NCBI GenBank assembly: GCA_028714455.1
Contig: JAQTMG010000001.1
Coordinates: 128,568 to 192,567 of the forward strand
DNA from: Patescibacteria group bacterium
Lineage (GTDB): Bacteria; Patescibacteriota; Patescibacteriia; CAIXNZ01
Direction: 5' to 3'
DNA: 64,000 bases
How positions within the stretch are numbered: position 1 is the first letter of the stretch; every line of letters starts with the position of its first letter. Made by a program: the position numbers and the translations under genes. Below the pieces are notes generated by a model. It saw nothing but the letters and a program-made list of their open reading frames with translations. It was not told the DNA's origin and did not search any database. Below, in pieces: positions 60,159 through 64,000 of this stretch.

Positions 60159-63100
60159 ATGAACTCAAAAAAGAAAAAGCAGAAATCTAAGTGGCATCGC
60201 CTGATTGATAAGAATTTTATTGCCGTTAATATCGCCCTGGCCATCACCCTGGTTATCTACCAAGTGGCTTTTTCTGTGTTTTGGGGTCGAGGTACGGCCT
60301 GGGCGCTGCCCGCACCCAATATTTTCAGAGCGCCGATTAATTACGGCGTCGGTACTGTCCCTGCTTTTGTCACCAGCGCTGATTTTAACGGCGATACTCA
60401 TTCCGATTTAGTCGTGGCTAATAGCGGCTCTAGTAACGTTTCTATACTTTTGGGTAACGGTGACGGCACCTTTGCCGCCGCTGTCAACTATAACGTCGGT
60501 ACCGCGCCCAACTCAATTACCAGCGCTGATTTTAACGGCGACACTTTTTTGGATCTGGCCGTGGCAAACAATGATAGCGATAATGTTTCCATTCTCCTCG
60601 GCGCCGGCGACGGCACTTTCGCGGCCGCGGTAGATTACAGCGTCGGCACCGCGCCTCGCTCAATCACTAGTGCTGATTTTGACGGCGACACTTTTTTGGA
60701 TCTGGCCGTGGCAAATGATACCAGCAATGACGTTTCCATCCTGCTCGGCGCCGGCGACGGCACTTTCGCGGCCGCTGTTAACTACGCGGTCGGTACTAAT
60801 CCGGTTTTCATTACCAGCGCTGATTTTGACGGCGACACTTTTTTGGATCTGGCCGTGGCAGATTTTGCCGACAATGACACCTCTATTCTCTTGGGCGCCG
60901 GCGACGGCACTTTCGCGGCCGCGGTCACTTACAGCGTCGGCACCAGCCCGACTTCTATTGCCAGCGCTGATTTTAACGGCGACACTCATCTTGACCTGGC
61001 CGTAACAAATTTTACCAGCGAAGATGTTTCCATCTTACTTGGCGTTGGCGACGGCACTTTCGCGGCCGCGGTTAATTATGGCGTGGGCAAAGGTCCTAGC
61101 GCGATTATCAGCGCTGATTTTGACGGCGACACTCATTTGGATTTGGCCACTTCAAATAGCGGCACTTATGATGTTTCCATTTTGCTCGGCGCCGGTGACG
61201 GCACTTTCGCAGTCACGGCCAGTTACCGAGTAGGTGCTGGTCCTCTCGCGGTCACCAGCGCTGACTTTAACGGAGACATCCATCCTGATTTAGCCGTGGT
61301 AAATTCTACTGATAATAATGTTTCCATTATTCTCGGTGTCGGTGACGGCACTTTCGCGGCTACGGCCAATTTCGCGACAGCCGGTCAGGCCCCCAATTCG
61401 TTTGCCAGCGCTGATTTTGACGGCGATACTCAAGCTGATTTAGCCGTGGTAAATGTTGACAGCGGTGATGTCTCTGTTTTTTTGGGCGTTGGCGACGGCA
61501 CCTTCGCGGTTCCAGTTACTTACGTCGTCGGCACTACTCCGACCTCAATTGCTAGCGCCGACTTTGACGAGGATACGCACCCTGACTTGGCCGTAACAAA
61601 TTATGGCAGTGATAACTTTTCCATTCTCTTGGGCAACGGTGACGGCACTTTCGCGGCCGCGGTTAATCACGCCGCTGGTGTTGGTCCGGGCATAATTATT
61701 ACTGGCGACTTTGATGGCGACACTCATCAAGATCTGGCCATATTGTATGCGGATAGTAACGAAGTTGCCATTTTGCTGGGCAACGGCGACGGCACTTTCG
61801 CGGCCCCGGTCACTTATGCCGTCGGCGCCGGTTCCAGCGCGATTACCAGCGCTGATTTTAACGAAGACACTCATCTTGATCTGGCCACGGCTGATTTGGG
61901 CGCCGGGGACGTTTCCATTCTGCTGGGCAACGGCGACGGCACTTTCGCGGCCGCGACTAACCTTGGTCTTGTCGCCAGCCCCGACTCTATCGCCAGCGCC
62001 GACTTTGACGGCGACACTCATCTTGACCTGGCCGTGACAAATTTTGCTACTGATGACGTCTCCATCCTCCTAGGCAACGGCGACGGCACTTTCGCCGCTC
62101 CAGTCACTTACGCCGTCGGCTCCGGCCCTGGTTCAGTTGCTGTCGCTGATTTTAACGGCGACGCTCATCCTGACCTGGCCGTGGCAAATATGAACGGTGA
62201 TAACGCCTCTGTCTTGCTTAACAACAGTGACGGCACCTTTGCCGCCGCGATTGACTATGGAACCGGCATCAATCCCTTATCGGTAATTAGCGCCGACTTT
62301 AACGGCGACGCTCGCGCCGACTTGGCTTCTGTAAATTCTGGCACTAATAATGTTTCCATATTTCTTAACAGCTACGTTCCTGTCGGTGTGCCAGTCTCGT
62401 CTGGAGGCAGCGCGGCTGGCCAGCCTTATGTTGGTCCATTTGTGATTTTAATTAATGGCGGCGCGGAAAAAACTGATTCTACGACCGTGGAGCTAACTTT
62501 GCAGGCGCCTGGTGCCGTAACCATGCGCGTCTCCAATGATTTTGAAATGATCGGAGCAGAATGGGAGTTTTTTACCGCGACCAAAACTTGGTCTTTGACT
62601 TCGGGCGAAGGTGAGAAAAAAGTCTACGCCCAATTTAAAAATAGCTTTGGCGTAACATCTGGCGTTGTTTCGTCTTCAATAATTTATCAACCGGTCGCTT
62701 CTTCTCCCACACCAGAACAACCGACTGCCGGTCTTATATTACATGGCCAAGAGCCGGCCGCGCCACTACCTCCAGGCACAGAAGTGGGCACGCTGGTTAA
62801 AAGCGCGGGTTCAAACATTGTTTATTTTATCGGTGAAGATAACAGGCGCCACGAATTTCCAAGCGAGGCAATATTTTCAAGCTGGTTTAAGGATTTTTCC
62901 GGCGTTAAGACAATTTCCGCTGGCACGTTAAATCTTATTCCGCTGGGCAGCCAAGTGACTGTCAGACCAGGGACTTGGTTGGTCAAGTTGCCGTCAGATA
63001 CCAAAGTCTACGCGGTTGAACCATATGGCGTTCTTCGCTGGCTAAAAGTAGAACAGATTGCCCTGGATTTATACGGCCCAAACTGGAATAAGAGAGTAAT

Positions 63101-63365
63101 TGATTTGCCCTCATTGGCTGACTATCAGATCGGGTCTGATGTTATGACCTTGATTCATCCGACTGGCTCGGTCATCCAATACGCCGGCGCCAGCTCCAGA
63201 TATTACATTGACAATGGAGTTAAAAAATTTATACCGTTGCTTGTCTTTAGCGGTGATTTATTCCAGGATAGATTTGTCTGCGATAATGTTTCCGCGGCCA
63301 TAAGCTATTCCTCTGAAAGCGATCTGTCTGTCCGGCCGGTTCAAAATTTGATGACCTTAAGATAA
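60159..63365 (+). CDS. Secreted FG-GAP/VCBS repeat protein (14 repeats of about 49 aa)
   Basis: ADFxGDxxxDLAV...VSILLGxGDGTF repeated with 147-bp periodicity; CPR-type C-terminal domain. Confidence 0.93.
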   Translation: MNSKKKKQKSKWHRLIDKNFIAVNIALAITLVIYQVAFSVFWGRGTAWALPAPNIFRAPINYGVGTVPAFVTSADFNGDTHSDLVVANSGSSNVSILLGNGDGTFAAAVNYNVGTAPNSITSADFNGDTFLDLAVANNDSDNVSILLGAGDGTFAAAVDYSVGTAPRSITSADFDGDTFLDLAVANDTSNDVSILLGAGDGTFAAAVNYAVGTNPVFITSADFDGDTFLDLAVADFADNDTSILLGAGDGTFAAAVTYSVGTSPTSIASADFNGDTHLDLAVTNFTSEDVSILLGVGDGTFAAAVNYGVGKGPSAIISADFDGDTHLDLATSNSGTYDVSILLGAGDGTFAVTASYRVGAGPLAVTSADFNGDIHPDLAVVNSTDNNVSIILGVGDGTFAATANFATAGQAPNSFASADFDGDTQADLAVVNVDSGDVSVFLGVGDGTFAVPVTYVVGTTPTSIASADFDEDTHPDLAVTNYGSDNFSILLGNGDGTFAAAVNHAAGVGPGIIITGDFDGDTHQDLAILYADSNEVAILLGNGDGTFAAPVTYAVGAGSSAITSADFNEDTHLDLATADLGAGDVSILLGNGDGTFAAATNLGLVASPDSIASADFDGDTHLDLAVTNFATDDVSILLGNGDGTFAAPVTYAVGSGPGSVAVADFNGDAHPDLAVANMNGDNASVLLNNSDGTFAAAIDYGTGINPLSVISADFNGDARADLASVNSGTNNVSIFLNSYVPVGVPVSSGGSAAGQPYVGPFVILINGGAEKTDSTTVELTLQAPGAVTMRVSNDFEMIGAEWEFFTATKTWSLTSGEGEKKVYAQFKNSFGVTSGVVSSSIIYQPVASSPTPEQPTAGLILHGQEPAAPLPPGTEVGTLVKSAGSNIVYFIGEDNRRHEFPSEAIFSSWFKDFSGVKTISAGTLNLIPLGSQVTVRPGTWLVKLPSDTKVYAVEPYGVLRWLKVEQIALDLYGPNWNKRVIDLPSLADYQIGSDVMTLIHPTGSVIQYAGASSRYYIDNGVKKFIPLLVFSGDLFQDRFVCDNVSAAISYSSESDLSVRPVQNLMTLR

Positions 63366-63584
63366 AAAAATTATAATATTTTTTGGTAACCAAAAGCCTT
63401 GAAAATATTTGGCTAATTAGACACAACAAATAAGTGGATAAACATTTGCCCGTTTTTTGCTTTATTTGTTATAATTAAACAAAAGAAAATAAGTTTGAAT
63501 AAATGGGAATAAATAAAGTTTTTTGTTGCGAAAATTAGCAAGTTTAAATATTTAATTTAAGCGTTTTTATTAATTTCAAAAAAT

Positions 63585-64000
63585 ATGAATTTCAAACAAA
63601 CAAAGCAAAGATCTAAATGGCACCATTTAATCGACAAAAAATTTATTGCCATTTATATCGCTCTCGCCGTTGTCCTGATTATTAATCAAGTGGTCTTCTC
63701 CTATCTTTTGTCTGACAAGAGGGAGGCCAAGGCGTTTGGCTCGGGTTTTGGTTCGGTCCTGATGACAGATTTAGCTGATTCGGTTGTCTATGCCGGGGCC
63801 AGCAACGTTCTCTTGGCTCAATTTTGGGTTCCCGATCCCTTGTTAAGCACCAGCGTAACTTGTAATTGGGCGCTGGGTAATCCTTGTTTGCGGCTAGTGG
63901 AGGCTGATGGCACTGCCACGGCCGGAGCTGGCGTTGACGATGATGGCGCTACTTGGTTTTTTCAAACTGAACCAAGTGGAAGAATGGCAAGAACGTTTTT
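63585..64000 (+). CDS. Secreted protein (5' part; runs off window) sharing its N-terminal leader with the FG-GAP protein
   Basis: MNFKQTKQRSKWHHLIDKKFIAIYIALAVVLIINQV versus MNSKKKKQKSKWHRLIDKNFIAVNIALAITLVIYQV. Confidence 0.8.
   Translation, partial: MNFKQTKQRSKWHHLIDKKFIAIYIALAVVLIINQVVFSYLLSDKREAKAFGSGFGSVLMTDLADSVVYAGASNVLLAQFWVPDPLLSTSVTCNWALGNPCLRLVEADGTATAGAGVDDDGATWFFQTEPSGRMARTF

Overview
AT-rich bacterial chromosome segment using the standard genetic code. Gene content and style suggest Patescibacteria/CPR, Parcubacteria-like; this is an inference. The housekeeping backbone is ruvB, rpsA, gyrA, rpmF-nusB-rnc, clpP, nrnA-rbfA, rpoBC, rny, infB, trxAB and leuS-apt. It is interspersed with single-gene orphan cassettes that carry their own promoter, strong SD and terminator. 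There are four intact tRNA genes (Leu-TAA, Gly-GCC, Lys-CTT, Arg-TCG). Most notable: (1) the tRNA loci are heavily remodelled, with tRNA fragments interrupted by short GC-rich palindromes, two homologous ~100-bp inverted-repeat elements abutting tRNA 5' ends, and two small GIY-YIG genes; (2) a tandem pair of 512-bp recombinase-less mini-elements sits at a tRNA-Lys 3' end; (3) several stand-alone, strongly structured non-coding transcription units occur (~610 nt, ~270 nt, ~240 nt, and a triple-SD micro-ORF RNA); (4) diversity-generating retroelement parts are dispersed (an adenine-depleted variable-region target gene and an orphan Avd-like gene, with no RT or TR in the window); (5) LeuRS carries an inserted nucleotidyltransferase-like domain. 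All calls were made by eye, without database searches.
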